Positions 1 to 12,769 are shown, numbered from the whole stretch's first letter. The stretch is DNA of 63,958 nucleotides, filler included, from Octopus bimaculoides (GCF_001194135.2; 5 parts of 5 records of this genome joined end to end with filler, not necessarily neighbours in it), one strand, 5' to 3'. Numbers and translations: made by a program. The notes: generated from the letters alone by a model not told the origin.

Positions 1-339
1 ATATGTATGTATACATGTGCGTGTGTTTGCGTATGTCTGTATATATACCCGAATATGCGTATGGTGGTTGTCTACTCCTTATGCAGAGTTTGACCACCTC
101 CTGTACCAACACCTTAGAACCATCATGGCATCTGACGTGACTTTTTAATTAAAGAAATGGGCTGAACATTCACCCACATATATTGCATATCCAATTTGGA
201 CCATGAAGAGGTAGAGATAAATTTTGATCTATGTGGATCTTGAAATGACTTTTAAGGCCTCCGTTAGATTTTCAAACACTCTGGTATACATTGCATTCAA
301 ACGTGTGCACAGACATATAGGTAGAATATTTGGGGGAGG

Positions 340-703
340 TTTGTTTTCCATGGGTTTCGTCAATACGATTTGAGCCCAGCAAAAGAAAGGTGTGGTCTGT
401 CAAAAATTGCACACAAAATGGTCATTGTCATTCACCTTCTCGATCGTAACATTCATCCTTCAAAGACTTTTGAGTCTTGCATGCGTTATCCTGGCCTCTT
501 CAAAAGATTTCACTCCACTCCGTATTTTTTGTTAGCCATCCAGTTCGATTCGATGCAAGGGTTTCTATGTCCTCTGTATCCATTCCAAGTGATTTCATAG
601 TAGTCCTTATGCCGTCCTTAAATCTCTTTTAGGTTTACGCCGATAGCGTTTCAACTCTTCAAGCTCAACACAAAACAGCTGTTTGAGCGTGCATTCATAC
701 GCA
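340..703 (-). mobile_element. RTE-clade (BovB-like) LINE, decayed 3' end of ORF
   Basis: Minus-strand translation across frameshifts gives RM..R.KQLFCVELEELKRYRRKPK(K)RFKDGIRTTMKSLGMDTEDIETLASNRTGW...SGVKSFEEARI, then FVCNF...LSFAGLKS. This matches the RTE C-terminal PKQL..GEL..GKR..GRPKKRFKD motif plus the terminal zinc-finger-like motif. Confidence 0.75.
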
Positions 704-779
704 TAACCCTAACCCTAACCCTAACCCTAGCCCTAACCCTCACCCTCATCCTCACCCTAACCATAACCATAACCCTAAC
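704..779 (-). repeat. Degenerate telomere-like (CCCTAA)n / (TTAGGG)n interstitial array
   Basis: taaccctaaccctaaccctaaccctagccctaaccctcaccc...taaccataaccataaccctaac. Confidence 0.85.
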
Positions 780-1719
780 GTTTATCAATGAATATATTCT
801 ACAACTCAATATGAACACATACCTTAATACAGAACACTACTAACCTTTCATTTAACACCACTAACCCCCATACATTCCATACACCTTTCACATTACAGAT
901 TTATATCTACCCTAAGTACACCAAATCCAGAACTACTTACCTCCCTTACACATCATCTTTTTTACCCAGGGACTAGTAGTCTCGGGACCGTTCGGTAATC
1001 TGTGCGCATNNNNNNNNNNNNNNNNNNNNNNNNNNNNNNNNNNNNNNNNNNNNNNNNNNNNNNNNNNNNNNNNNNNNNNNNNNNNNNNNNNNNNNNNNNN
1101 NNNNNNNNNNNNNNNNNNNNNNNNNNNNNNNNNNNNNNNNNNNNNNNNNNNNNNNNNNNNNNNNNNNNNNNNNNNNNNNNNNNNNNNNNNNNNNNNNNNN
1201 NNNNNNNNNNNNNNNNNNNNNNNNNNNNNNNNNNNNNNNNNNNNNNNNNNNNNNNNNNNNNNNNNNNNNNNNNNNNNNNNNNNNNNNNNNNNNNNNNNNN
1301 NNNNNNNNNNNNNNNNNNNNNNNNNNNNNNNNNNNNNNNNNNNNNNNNNNNNNNNNNNNNNNNNNNNNNNNNNNNNNNNNNNNNNNNNNNNNNNNNNNNN
1401 NNNNNNNNNNNNNNNNNNNNNNNNNNNNNNNNNNNNNNNNNNNNNNNNNNNNNNNNNNNNNNNNNNNNNNNNNNNNNNNNNNNNNNNNNNNNNNNNNNNN
1501 NNNNNNNNNNNNNNNNNNNNNNNNNNNNNNNNNNNNNNNNNNNNNNNNNNNNNNNNNNNNNNNNNNNNNNNNNNNNNNNNNNNNNNNNNNNNNNNNNNNN
1601 NNNNNNNNNNNNNNNNNNNNNNNNNNNNNNNNNNNNNNNNNNNNNNNNNNNNNNNNNNNNNNNNNNNNNNNNNNNNNNNNNNNNNNNNNNNNNATACTTT
1701 ATATCCATAATTATATATA

Positions 1720-2170
1720 GAGGGTGCGTAAAGTATTTGAGGACATACCATTTTGGGGTCAATGCTGCATTTTATGCTAAGTCTGTATAATCTTTGTTTC
1801 AGAAAATAATTATGGCAGACCCTCGGCTTACACAAGAAATGAAAAGGTGTGCCGTTATTGTGCTTATAGAGTTATGTCTGCCACCTACATTGAAGCAATT
1901 GTTAAGCCCTTGATAGACAGTATATGTTTCAGTAAGACTGTGAACTATCACGCATGGCTCTAGTAACACATGAATGAATGGCTTAAAATTTTCGTGATCA
2001 CATAACCGCTAATATTTGCCCTCTTGATTCCCCAGATCTCAATGCATGAGACTATTGTACGTGGAGCGTTGTTGAGAGAGTGATCAATGAACATGACCAT
2101 AAAACCAAAGATACTTTGAAAGCTGCCGTGGCTTTATTGAAAATCATTATAGAAAAGAAAGATTATTCTT
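1720..2170 (+). mobile_element. Internally deleted Tc1/mariner (maT/DD37D-like) transposon relic
   Basis: TIR-like start ta(g)agggtg. N-terminus MADPRLTQEMKRCAVIV at ~1812. C-terminal NFRDHITANICPLDSPDLNA*DYCTWSVVERVINEHDHKTKDTLKAAV (~1987-2130) matches WPPxSPDLNPLDYxVWxxxE...LKAAI. Confidence 0.75.
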
Positions 2171-2256
2171 AACCTCATAGCAATTTTTGATAACGTTATC
2201 TGATATATGTCTGTTTTATAAACTTAAATCTATCCTCAAATATCTTACGAACCCTG

Positions 2257-2312
<56 letters not shown>

Positions 2313-2313
<1 letters not shown>

Positions 2314-2600
2314 GGCTGGCCGGCACTCCGTCGCTTACGACGTCGAGGGTCCCAGTTGATCCGATCAACTGAACAGCCTGCTCGTAAATTTAACGTGCAA
2401 GTGGCTGAGCACTCCACAGACACGTGTACCCTCGGGGATATTCAGCGTGACACAGTGTGACAAGGCTGACCTTTTAAATTACAGGCACAACATAAACAGG
2501 AAACAAGAGTGAGAGAAAGTTGTGGTGAAAGAGTACAGCAGGGTTCGCCACCATCCCCTGCCGGAGCCTCGTTGAGCTTTGGGTGTTTTCGCTCAATAAA
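2313..2600 (-). mobile_element. tRNA-Arg-like (OR-type) SINE, 5' end lost in gap
   Basis: Near-colinear with the full copy at 19316-19703 (ggcactccgtcgcttacgacgtcgagg...gtgttttcgctcaataaa). Confidence 0.85.
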
Positions 2601-3082
2601 NNNNNNNNNNNNNNNNNNNNNNNNNNNNNNNNNNNNNNNNNNNNNNNNNNNNNNNNNNNNNNNNNNNNNNNNNNNNNNNNNNNNNNNNNNNNNNNNNNNN
2701 NNNNNNNNNNNNNNNNNNNNNNNNNNNNNNNNNNNNNNNNNNNNNNNNNNNNNNNNNNNNNNNNNNNNNNNNNNNNNNNNNNNNNNNNNNNNNNNNNNNN
2801 NNNNNNNNNNNNNNNNNNNNNNNNNNNNNNNNNNNNNNNNNNNNNNNNNNNNNNNNNNNNNNNNNNNNNNNNNNNNNNNNNNNNNNNNNNNNNNNNNNNN
2901 NNNNNNNNNNNNNNNNNNNNNNNNNNNNNNNNNNNNNNNNNNNNNNNNNNNNNNNNNNNNNNNNNNNNNNNNNNNNNNNNNNNNNNNNNNNNNNNNNNNN
3001 NNNNNNNNNNNNNNNNNNNNNNNNNNNNNNNNNNNNNNNNNNNNNNNNNNNNNNNNNNNNNNNNNNNNNNNNNNNNNNNNNN

Positions 3083-3115
<33 letters not shown>

Positions 3116-3869
3116 TGTGAGAGATAGATAGCTACAAATATAGACAAACACACACAAATATGTATATATGTGTGTTTGTGTATTTGTGTGTCAGTGTGTA
3201 TTTGTTCTGTGTGTGTATGTGAGAATTTGTGCTTGCGTGTGCACTTGCTTAAACGATGGCAATATATACATGAATATAAATGATGAAGAAATCTAAAAAT
3301 TCATTGAACTATGCTAGGGATTATTTAGTGAAAATAAGTGAGTGGTCGACAATGAAGAAAAATAAACTGAGTACTCAAATTTGTTTGAAGCTCTTAATCT
3401 CTTTGGGAAATATATACTTTATTAAATATAAGGAAGAAATTAATCATGATCAACAAAACAGCAGAATCGCCTGCCGGTGATGACATTTTGCGTAAACTCA
3501 GATTTTAGGTACTTTTTCATAAAAGAGTAGAAATTCCTAAAAGATAGAGTCAATTAACAAGCAAATGTGAATTATTGCAATATTTTCTGATTATCCATAT
3601 TCATTGGCATTAGCTTAACTATTTTGCTACATTCTCACCTGCATTTCTAGCATTTTAAATATATTTATATAACTTGTTGTGGATATATATATATATATAT
3701 GAGTGTGTGTGTTTGTGTGTGTTTGTATGTGTTTGTGTGTGTGCATATATATGAAATGCATATATATATAAATCTATATAGTTGAAAAATTACGTTGTAG
3801 GTATAAATGTACCATAATCAAGTATAAAAAGTATATATATCTATATATATGTATATATATTTATATATA

Positions 3870-3902
<33 letters not shown>

Positions 3903-4615
3903 NNNNNNNNNNNNNNNNNNNNNNNNNNNNNNNNNNNNNNNNNNNNNNNNNNNNNNNNNNNNNNNNNNNNNNNNNNNNNNNNNNNNNNNNNNNNNNNNNN
4001 NNNNNNNNNNNNNNNNNNNNNNNNNNNNNNNNNNNNNNNNNNNNNNNNNNNNNNNNNNNNNNNNNNNNNNNNNNNNNNNNNNNNNNNNNNNNNNNNNNNN
4101 NNNNNNNNNNNNNNNNNNNNNNNNNNNNNNNNNNNNNNNNNNNNNNNNNNNNNNNNNNNNNNNNNNNNNNNNNNNNNNNNNNNNNNNNNNNNNNNNNNNN
4201 NNNNNNNNNNNNNNNNNNNNNNNNNNNNNNNNNNNNNNNNNNNNNNNNNNNNNNNNNNNNNNNNNNNNNNNNNNNNNNNNNNNNNNNNNNNNNNNNNNNN
4301 NNNNNNNNNNNNNNNNNNNNNNNNNNNNNNNNNNNNNNNNNNNNNACAGAGAGAGAGAGAGCGAGAGACAAATAAACATGGAAAGAAGAATAACTCCATG
4401 TACAGAACAACAGCTTAGCGTTCTAATTATTAGAGCAACAAGAAACACGGAATATGAAATATGAAGTATATGATATATACTATATTATATATAATATATT
4501 ATTTCATATTGCAGGAAAAATATATATTATGTTTTATTATATCAGAGAAAAAATCAAAAAACAGGGAGAACTCAAGTCATTTAGAAGAATTTAATTAGGG
4601 TAAGGTGAAATTGAA

Positions 4616-4691
4616 GTCTTTTAGCTGTTTTGGGGATAACCCACGTGGTTGAGTAGCATGCCTATGCACTGGGTATTATGTCATCAGAGAC
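4616..4691 (-). ncRNA. Type I hammerhead-ribozyme-like motif, degenerate (long stem II family)
   Basis: Minus strand reads GTCT-CTGATGA-C-(ataatacccagtg...cacgtgggttatcccc)-AAAAC-AGCT-AAA-AGAC. Same 76-nt length as the 29821 copy, but G12 and the GUA cleavage triplet are mutated. Shares the downstream flank ttctaaatgacttgag. Confidence 0.7.
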
Positions 4692-4811
4692 AAAGTAAAA
4701 GTGGTTTTCTAACTAGTTTTACTCTTTATTCTTCAACTTATTGCCTGATAATCTGTGAATTTTATTTCTCGTAAGCTGTAAATTTTCCAAATATCAATAG
4801 GACGTCAACAT

Positions 4812-5000
4812 ACCGGTATTTCGCCTGTCGTTACGTTCTGAGTTCAAATTTCGCCGAGGTCAACTTTGTTTTTCATCCTTTCGGGGTCGGTTAAATAAGT
4901 ACCGGTTACTCACTGAGGTTGATGTAATCGACTTAATCTCTTTGCCTGTCCCTGTTTGTCCCCTCTGTGTTTAGTCCCCTTGTGGGCCATAAAGAAATAA
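4812..5000 (+). mobile_element. Meta-domain-like SINE, 5' truncated
   Basis: ggtatttcgcctgtcgttacgttctgagttcaaatt (B box), then ttttcatcctttcggggtcggttaaataagtaccgg, then the tail tagtccccttgtgggccataaagaaata. Confidence 0.75.
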
Positions 5001-5297
5001 AATTAATGTCCTGCTTGTTAAAATTTTATTTATTTGTGCAGCTGAAGAGAGCACTGCATTTAAATTGATGTAATGATTGCATTGTTCAATTAAATGGAGC
5101 CGCTTGAAACGGTCGTACTGCATCACTATTTGATATCCTGTTGCTTATTTTGATTTCATTCACCTTACTTCGAGCTGTGCAGATAATACTGGACTGACTT
5201 GGTGTTCAACTTAAGTACGTAATTCACCTAAATCTCAATTGTTTCTGATTTATATATATAAAGATTGATAGACAGATAGATGTGTGTGTGTGTCTGT

Positions 5298-5337
<40 letters not shown>

Positions 5338-6521
5338 NNNNNNNNNNNNNNNNNNNNNNNNNNNNNNNNNNNNNNNNNNNNNNNNNNNNNNNNNNNNNNN
5401 NNNNNNNNNNNNNNNNNNNNNNNNNNNNNNNNNNNNNNNNNNNNNNNNNNNNNNNNNNNNNNNNNNNNNNNNNNNNNNNNNNNNNNNNNNNNNNNNNNNN
5501 NNNNNNNNNNNNNNNNNNNNNNNNNNNNNNNNNNNNNNNNNNNNNNNNNNNNNNNNNNNNNNNNNNNNNNNNNNNNNNNNNNNNNNNNNNNNNNNNNNNN
5601 NNNNNNNNNNNNNNNNNNNNNNNNNNNNNNNNNNNNNNNNNNTATTGCAATAAATCAGTGATACGTGTGATTTTTTTCATTAAAAAAATATAATTCAAAA
5701 TTTTTTCTTAGTATATTATTTGAATAACCTAACGATGCGTTCAATTTTCCCTAATAGTTTTCATAGAATATTTTGTCACACTTTTCACGTCGTCTTCTTT
5801 CTACAGCTATAAAATTTCTGCGATGAATTATATTCCGGTAAACCAATGTATTTTTTACTAATTTTGTGTCCCTACAATTTATTTTTTTCATGTAGCTATC
5901 TTTGTATGGATGAATAAGGACACCACAATCGCCGTGTTATCTTCGCGTATTTTTCCATGCAAATCAAAACAAACTGACGTGTGAAGTTTTTCTGTATCTC
6001 CACCAGGTGAAAACGTACTACAACTTAAATTTTTTCTTTATTTTCCTGTATTTTCCTGTTAGTGTTTCTATACCATTCTATAGACTACATTTTATCACCG
6101 TACTCCAACCACAATTCTGCCGAGATTGAATACCATAAACTCCATGTCATAAAATGTGTTATTGGTTTTCATCACTAGTTTCGGGACTGTGCTGATACCG
6201 GATCCCCGCATTGAAATATTTTTAGTCGAATGAATCGACCCCAGATATCTGATCCTTTCTGAAACTTGATAAGTGAGCGAATTGTGTCATGGGTTGTAAT
6301 CAAAATGCGGAATTTGTATTGAATCTGTGGGTTCTCTTTTTAGTTCATATCAAAATCAACTTTAACACCCATAATTTCGAGTAAGAGTAACAAATTGAAA
6401 GTTGAGAGCAGTAAACGGCTCAAAAGGTAAAGCCTGTTTTATGTGTATATGCATGTTTATATGAATATATATATAAGAATACACGCACGTATATGTATAC
6501 TCTTTGCTATTTATATATATA

Positions 6522-6598
6522 TACGATGGGCTTCTCTCAGTTTCCATCTACCAAATTCACCCACAAGGCTTTGGTCGGCCCAAGGCTATAGTAGAAAG
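6522..6598 (-). mobile_element. CORE-like SINE fragment
   Basis: tacgatgggcttctctcagtttccatctaccaaattcacccacaaggctttggtcggcccaaggctatagtagaa; same family as 52958-53388. Confidence 0.75.
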
Positions 6599-6620
6599 CA
6601 GTTAACCAAGGTTAACTATC

Positions 6621-7231
6621 CCTAAATGTAGAGAAATGATTAGGAATTCTTTCAGATAACAGAGAAGTTGCGCCGCTTATATAAAAAATACTTCATTACC
6701 AGAAGTATTTTTACACTGGTATATAGAATTTTTAATTTTAGAGTTGACATAAACTTGATTCTGTTCTAAATGACTTCAGATACAATAACCGTGTTATTAA
6801 TATTTCTAGGGGAATGGATAGTACTAGCTAAATTAATGTTAGTATTAGTCAATTTGTCACTCTTTAACAGGCTAATATTATGCAAAGAGATAATTTGTAA
6901 GAGATTCTTTGCGTTTGAAAAACTAATTCTAACCGTGTATAAATTGATGATAGAGTAATACCTAGAATTCTTTGGAAAATTCCTAATAATAGCTTCACGA
7001 AACTGCAAAGAAAGATTGGATTTAATTTGCCTCCGATAAGGAATAATTAACCAAATGGTTTTACTATTAGTTATCTCATTTTTAATGTAACCATCTTTGA
7101 AAGATATAGATTTACCTTAGAAGGAAAATAGGAGATTAAATTACTTCTGGTAATGGAGTATTTTTTTTTATATAGGCAGCTCATCTTCTCAGTTATCTAA
7201 AAGAATTTCCTATCATTACTCTATATTTAGG
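6621..7231 (-). mobile_element. Penelope-like element ORF fragment bounded by ~87-bp inverted repeats
   Basis: Minus strand KTIWLIIPYRRQIKSNLSLQFREAIIRNFPKNSRYYSIINLYTVRISFSNAKNLLQIISLHN resembles the PLE post-RT segment IIWFNPPY..NIG..FL.LI..HFP...IFN.NTVK.SYS..N...II..HN. 6621-6707 is the diverged reverse complement of 7142-7231. Confidence 0.65.
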
Positions 7232-8074
7232 AGCAGGATTAATCGGAACAGTACAAGGCTTAGTAAATTAATTTGGTATCTAAAATGCCACAATAAACAA
7301 TTTAATTTAAATTGGTTGATTCTCTCAATTTCGATAGCTTATAATAAAGGCAAGGATTCTGTCTCCCCTGTAATTCTGAACTATTTTTTATTATTTTTTT
7401 CTAAAAATCCTCTTTTAAACACGGTTATAGTGCGTGCATACCGATCTATACAATGGCAGAAACACACCTTAAGTTGATATAAGTGATATCTATCATTATA
7501 TATAATTTAAACATTAATTATCTTACATTTCACACGCACTAGATATATCTTTTTCCAAGAATATGGGGTTTTATTTAATATACATGTCGTTATATACTTC
7601 TCATTTATTTGTTTTTGTTTTCTTTTTCCATTACCCCTCCTCTTCCTAGAGGCTACCTTTGACGTTATATCCTTTTACGTTTTTTTAAACTAAACTTAAT
7701 AGCGTTCAGGTAATCACTATACATATCCATCATTTTCTGTTAAAATGTCTTATTGACAAGTTCCATTTCTTCATTTCCTTGAAGAGAAGATTACATTGTT
7801 TTACACCATCTTATTCCTTTGGAATAATACCAGTGATATTTTCGAAACATGTGTCAGAAGNNNNNNNNNNNNNNNNNNNNNNNNNNNNNNNNNNNNNNNN
7901 NNNNNNNNNNNNNNNNNNNNNNNNNNNNNNNNNNNNNNNNNNNNNNNNNNNNNNNNNNNNACACACACACACACAAGACGTTGTAATAATGAAGTCAAAC
8001 CAAATAATATTTTGAAAGTATTTTATGCGTACATTTCAGATTTGCATAATATATTTCTGTCTGTCTGTCTATAC

Positions 8075-8540
8075 TGTGCAGGCCCCAGGGCGTCTTCTAC
8101 CAAAGCTCCAGGTCGACTACAGCTTTCTGAATCAGGTGGGACATAAATACACGCTTTGGCTCCGCCTCCAAGGGTTTTGTCCAAATGATCGCCCAGGTAT
8201 TTATTTCTTATACCTGGAACATATTCTGTCAGACTCTTTTGCCAAACAGCTAAGTCACTCGGATTTAAACAAACCAATACAGGTTTGTAATGCGGTAGTG
8301 GTGGCACGAGATGGAGACAGAGAAAAGTGCACACACACAAATACATACATACATACATACATACATACATGCATACATACAGATGGTTTCTTTCAGTATC
8401 CGTCTTCCAGATTCATTCACATGATTCTGGTCCGCCTGAGGCTGTAGATAAAGCGGCTTACTCAAGGTGCCACGCAGTGGGACAGAAACCAGTACCATGT
8501 GGTTGGGAACCAAGCCTCTTACCACACAGCCACGCCTGGA
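8075..8540 (-). mobile_element. Two adjacent degenerate CORE-like SINE copies
   Basis: ttttgccaaacagctaagtcac...cggtagtggtggc (3' half), and gatggtttctttcagtatccgtcttccagattcattcac...caaggtgccacgcagtgggacagaaaccagtaccatgtggttgggaaccaagcctcttaccacacagcc (head). Confidence 0.75.
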
Positions 8541-8602
8541 GTGAGATATGTCCATATGTCTGTATGTCCGTGTTACACGCAGACATACGCACACACCAAC
8601 CA

Positions 8603-8800
<198 letters not shown>

Positions 8801-9809
8801 TCTTCTATCTATGTGTATGCATTGACATAAGCGCACACACGCACGCACAAACACACGAAGAACAACTACGTCACAGAATTAAGTTATATAGTTCGAATGT
8901 TTTGAAAATCCAAAACGGCCCACCACCACCACCACCTGAACCACCACNNNNNNNNNNNNNNNNNNNNNNNNNNNNNNNNNNNNNNNNNNNNNNNNNNNNN
9001 NNNNNNNNNNNNNNNNNNNNNNNNNNNNNNNNNNNNNNNNNNNNNNNNNNNNNNNNNNNNNNNNNNNNNNNNNNNNNNNNNNNNNNNNNNNNNNNNNNNN
9101 NNNNNNNNNNNNNNNNNNNNNNNNNNNNNNNNNNNNNNNNNNNNNNNNNNNNNNNNNNNNNNNNNNNNNNNNNNNNNNNNNNNNNNNNNNNNNNNNNNNN
9201 NNNNNNNNNNNNNNNNNNNNNNNNNNNNNNNNNNNNNNNNNNNNNNNNNNNNNNNNNNNNNNNNNNNNNNNNNNNNNNNNNNNNNNNNNNNNNNNNNNNN
9301 NNNNNNNNNNNNNNNNNNNNNNNNNNNNNNNNNNNNNNNNNNNNNNNNNNNNNNNNNNNNNNNNNNNNNNNNNNNNNNNNNNNNNNNNNNNNNNNNNNNN
9401 NNNNNNNNNNNNNNNNNNNNNNNNNNNNNNNNNNNNNNNNNNNNNNNNNNNNNNNNNNNNNNNNNNNNNNNNNNNNNNNNNNNNNNNNNNNNNNNNNNNN
9501 NNNNNNNNNNNNNNNNNNNNNNNNNNNNNNNNNNNNNNNNNNNNNNNNNNNNNNNNNNNNNNNNNNNNNNNNNNNNNNNNNNNNNNNNNNNNNNNNNNNN
9601 NNNNNNNNNNNNNNNNNNNNNNNNNNNNNNNNNNNNNNNNNNNNNNNNNNNNNNNNNNNNNNNNNNNNNNNNNNNNNNNNNNNNNNNNNNNNNNNNNNNN
9701 NNNNNNNNNNNNNNNNNNNNNNNNNNNNNNNNNNNNNNNNNNNNNNNNNNNNNNNNNNNNNNNNNNNNNNNNNNNNNNNNNNNNNNNNTATCTCTTCTTC
9801 CTCACTTAT

Positions 9810-9810
9810 T

Positions 9811-9896
<86 letters not shown>
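9810..9896. repeat. (TTTC)n microsatellite
   Basis: Direct reading. Confidence 0.95.
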
Positions 9897-9898
<2 letters not shown>

Positions 9899-9954
9899 AT
9901 TTTTTTAATGCCAGTTGCTTATTCTATCCCTTTTCGTTTACCGAATCACTAAGT

Positions 9955-10200
9955 AACGGAGGACATAATCAAAACAACACCGGTTGTCAAGCAGTGGTGG
10001 AGGACAAACACAAAAACGAAGACACACACGCAGAGACTCATATGTATCTGCGTGTGCGGGACGGGCTTCTTTCAGTTTCCGTCTACCAAATCCACTTACA
10101 AAGTGTCGGTCGGGAGGTTAGGGTAGATGCTTGCTGAAGGTTCGGCGTAGTGGGATTGAACCCGGAACAATGTGGTCAAGAAGCAAAGTTCTTAACGCAC
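9955..10200 (-). mobile_element. CORE-like SINE
   Basis: aacaccggttgtcaagcagtggtggaggacaaacac...gacgggcttctttcagtttccgtctaccaaatccacttacaaag...gtagtgggattgaacccggaacaatgtggt. Confidence 0.8.
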
Positions 10201-10309
10201 AGCAGAGGGAGAGAGGAGCAGAGAGAGGTGAAGAGAGACGGAGTGAGAGAGTGAGCGGAGACACGCACACACCAACACACCCCCACACACACATACGCAC
10301 ACAAATACG

Positions 10310-10562
10310 GATGGTGGCATTGATGCTGATGATGATGGTGATGATGATGATGGTGGTGGTGGTTGTAGTGGTGATGGTGATGATGGTAGTGGCGGTGATA
10401 GCGGTGGCGATGGTGGTGATGGTGGTGATGGTGGTGGCGGTGATGGCGGTGGCGATGGTGGTGATGGTGGTAGGGGTGATGGAGGTGATGGTGATGGAAG
10501 TGATGGTGATGGCGGTGGTAGTAGCGGCGGCGGTAGTGGTGCTGGTGATGGTAGTGGCGGCT
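10310..10562. repeat. (GGT/GAT/GGC)n degenerate trinucleotide low-complexity tract
   Basis: Direct reading; it explains the M/V/A-rich ORF 10131-10634. Confidence 0.9.
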
Positions 10563-11488
10563 GTAAAATTATTAACAGAAACGATCGTGGAACAAAATGA
10601 AAGTAAATATGAAATTTTGAAAGAACTCGCTTGAAAAGTATCTCAGTTCTCTGGAAGTTTCTCAGTGAATTGTATCATTGTTGGCTTCATACTGAACCTA
10701 CCATTATATCAACACCACACCACCGTCAAGCCCCTCCTGGTGGTGGTGGTGGTGGTGGCGCTGCTGCTGCTGCTGGTCGACCATGCAATTTTACAGCCTC
10801 GCTTCCTCCTGAACCCCAACCAATAAACAATACTGGAATCAGTTCGCTTCGAGCCAAGCTAGTTGAAAGACTTTGAACGAAGCTGCACAGAAAATCATGC
10901 CCTGTTGTATGTGAAACTGGTGATGCTCTGTGCAGCGGAAACACGTGTAGGTTGTCGTAACCATAAAAATATGTACGAAACTGTAAAATAAAAGGAAATA
11001 AATTTTGAGGATTACCAGTTTTCATATTCTCTATCGTTATAATTATAGCAAATAGACACGCCAGATAATGTTACCATCCAGTGAAGAGAACACAGAATTA
11101 CCCATCAGAGGAATTTACAGCACGAGTGACAACTCCTAGTCGTCATAGACGTTAAATACTAATAGACGCGGTTAGCCGTAATCTGGAACATAACTGAGAG
11201 TTACTACGGAATCCGCCCGTATAATATATCTCTTAAACTCAAATTAATATATACATATGTATGTATATATAAACATGTATATTATATATATAAATATATT
11301 TCAACTAACCTAAATTTCACTTATGTCTATACGCTACTTGACGCTGACACACACGCAGACACACACGCAGACACACACACACACACACACACACAGAGAC
11401 ATATATATACATACATGTATGTGTGCGTGCGTGCGCGTGTGTGTGTGTGTGTTGTGTGTGTGTATGTGTTGTGTGTGTGCGTGTGTGC

Positions 11489-11532
<44 letters not shown>

Positions 11533-11619
11533 GTGTGTGTGTGTGTGAAAATTAACCTATATGTACTCCACAGTTAACTAAATATTTACTCCGAAGGAAG
11601 TGATTTTCCACCCAAATTT

Positions 11620-12400
11620 CTCATTATCCCCCGCCCGACATACCTCGACACATGGGGCAAGAATGAATCGCCCTTATGTCGTTTGTGTACTGAAAGAGGG
11701 TCACTTCAACATTTCCTCAGCAGATATCTCCGGGCCTTACCCGACGGACGCGGGAAGGACGTCATTACTTTCCATCTCAAAGCTGGTCGAAAGCCCAGAT
11801 CGCTAAAACCGTCGATGAGACCAGATTTACTTTCCCCAGTTCTCAGGTTGGCATTTGAGAGCGGACCATGACATATCATAGCAACAACATTCCGGACTAC
11901 ACAGTCATTATCACGGTTTCCGCCAATCAGAAGTGGATAATCGTGTAGGAAGTGACTATGTGCTGGGAGGAACACATGGTGGACGCTCATACGAGAAATG
12001 TCGCCAAATCACAGAAAGTTGTATAACAGTGTTGAAGCAAAGGCTGTGTGGACATGCTGAAAGCCAATTCATGTAATCAGATGGGGTCTTATGAGGCGTT
12101 TCACTGTGCAAAGCGCTGACGAGGTTTGGTGTTTCTGGTACAGCTAAGAGGAAGTAAAATGAAAGTTGCAGAGAAAGCCATTAGATGGCTTTAGAGAAGG
12201 AGAGAACTGTGGCTTGTAGCAGGTGAGATAAAAGCTGGGACTTCATCAAACCTGGTTAGATTAACTAGAGGATTGGGTTCGGATCTGATGTTCATAGCCT
12301 CGGAATCCCATAAGACATACAGGGGTATCATTAACAATGCAACACAGGAACCCCAGAAAATGCAGCTTAAGCTTGGAACAGTTGCCTCCCTCATATTAAT
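11620..12400 (+). mobile_element. HERO-like restriction-like-endonuclease (RLE) LINE, decayed 3' end
   Basis: Zinc knuckle WGKNESPLCRLCTERGSLQHFLS..RALPDGR (from 11653), FHLKAGRKP, PDYTV...KWIIV*EVTMCWEEHMVDAH (from ~11895), ALTRFGVSGTAKRK, and AEKAIRWL*RRRELW (from 12168). Order and content match HERO ORF ends. Multiple stops and frameshifts. Confidence 0.75.
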
Positions 12401-12578
12401 TTTACCTTTTCTACCTCTCCACCATAATTTTATTCAGACAAGGGAAATACTACACACACACACACACACACACACAAATAGTGATATGTATACATACATA
12501 CATACATACATACATACATACATACATACACACATACATACATAGACGCACGCGTACACACACGCGCTCGCTCGCGCG

Positions 12579-12618
<40 letters not shown>

Positions 12619-12636
12619 CATACACACACACGCGCG

Positions 12637-12689
<53 letters not shown>

Positions 12690-12769
12690 GGAGACACACA
12701 TATATACGCACAATACATACACGCAAGCGCATACAGCTAGCCGACTTTCTATTCGCGACTTGATAAGAA

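Noticed and set aside
10631-11025. Overlapping ORFs with poly-Gly/Ala and poly-Pro runs
   Set aside because: They are driven by a short (GGT)(GCT) tract; no family motif or convincing splice pair.
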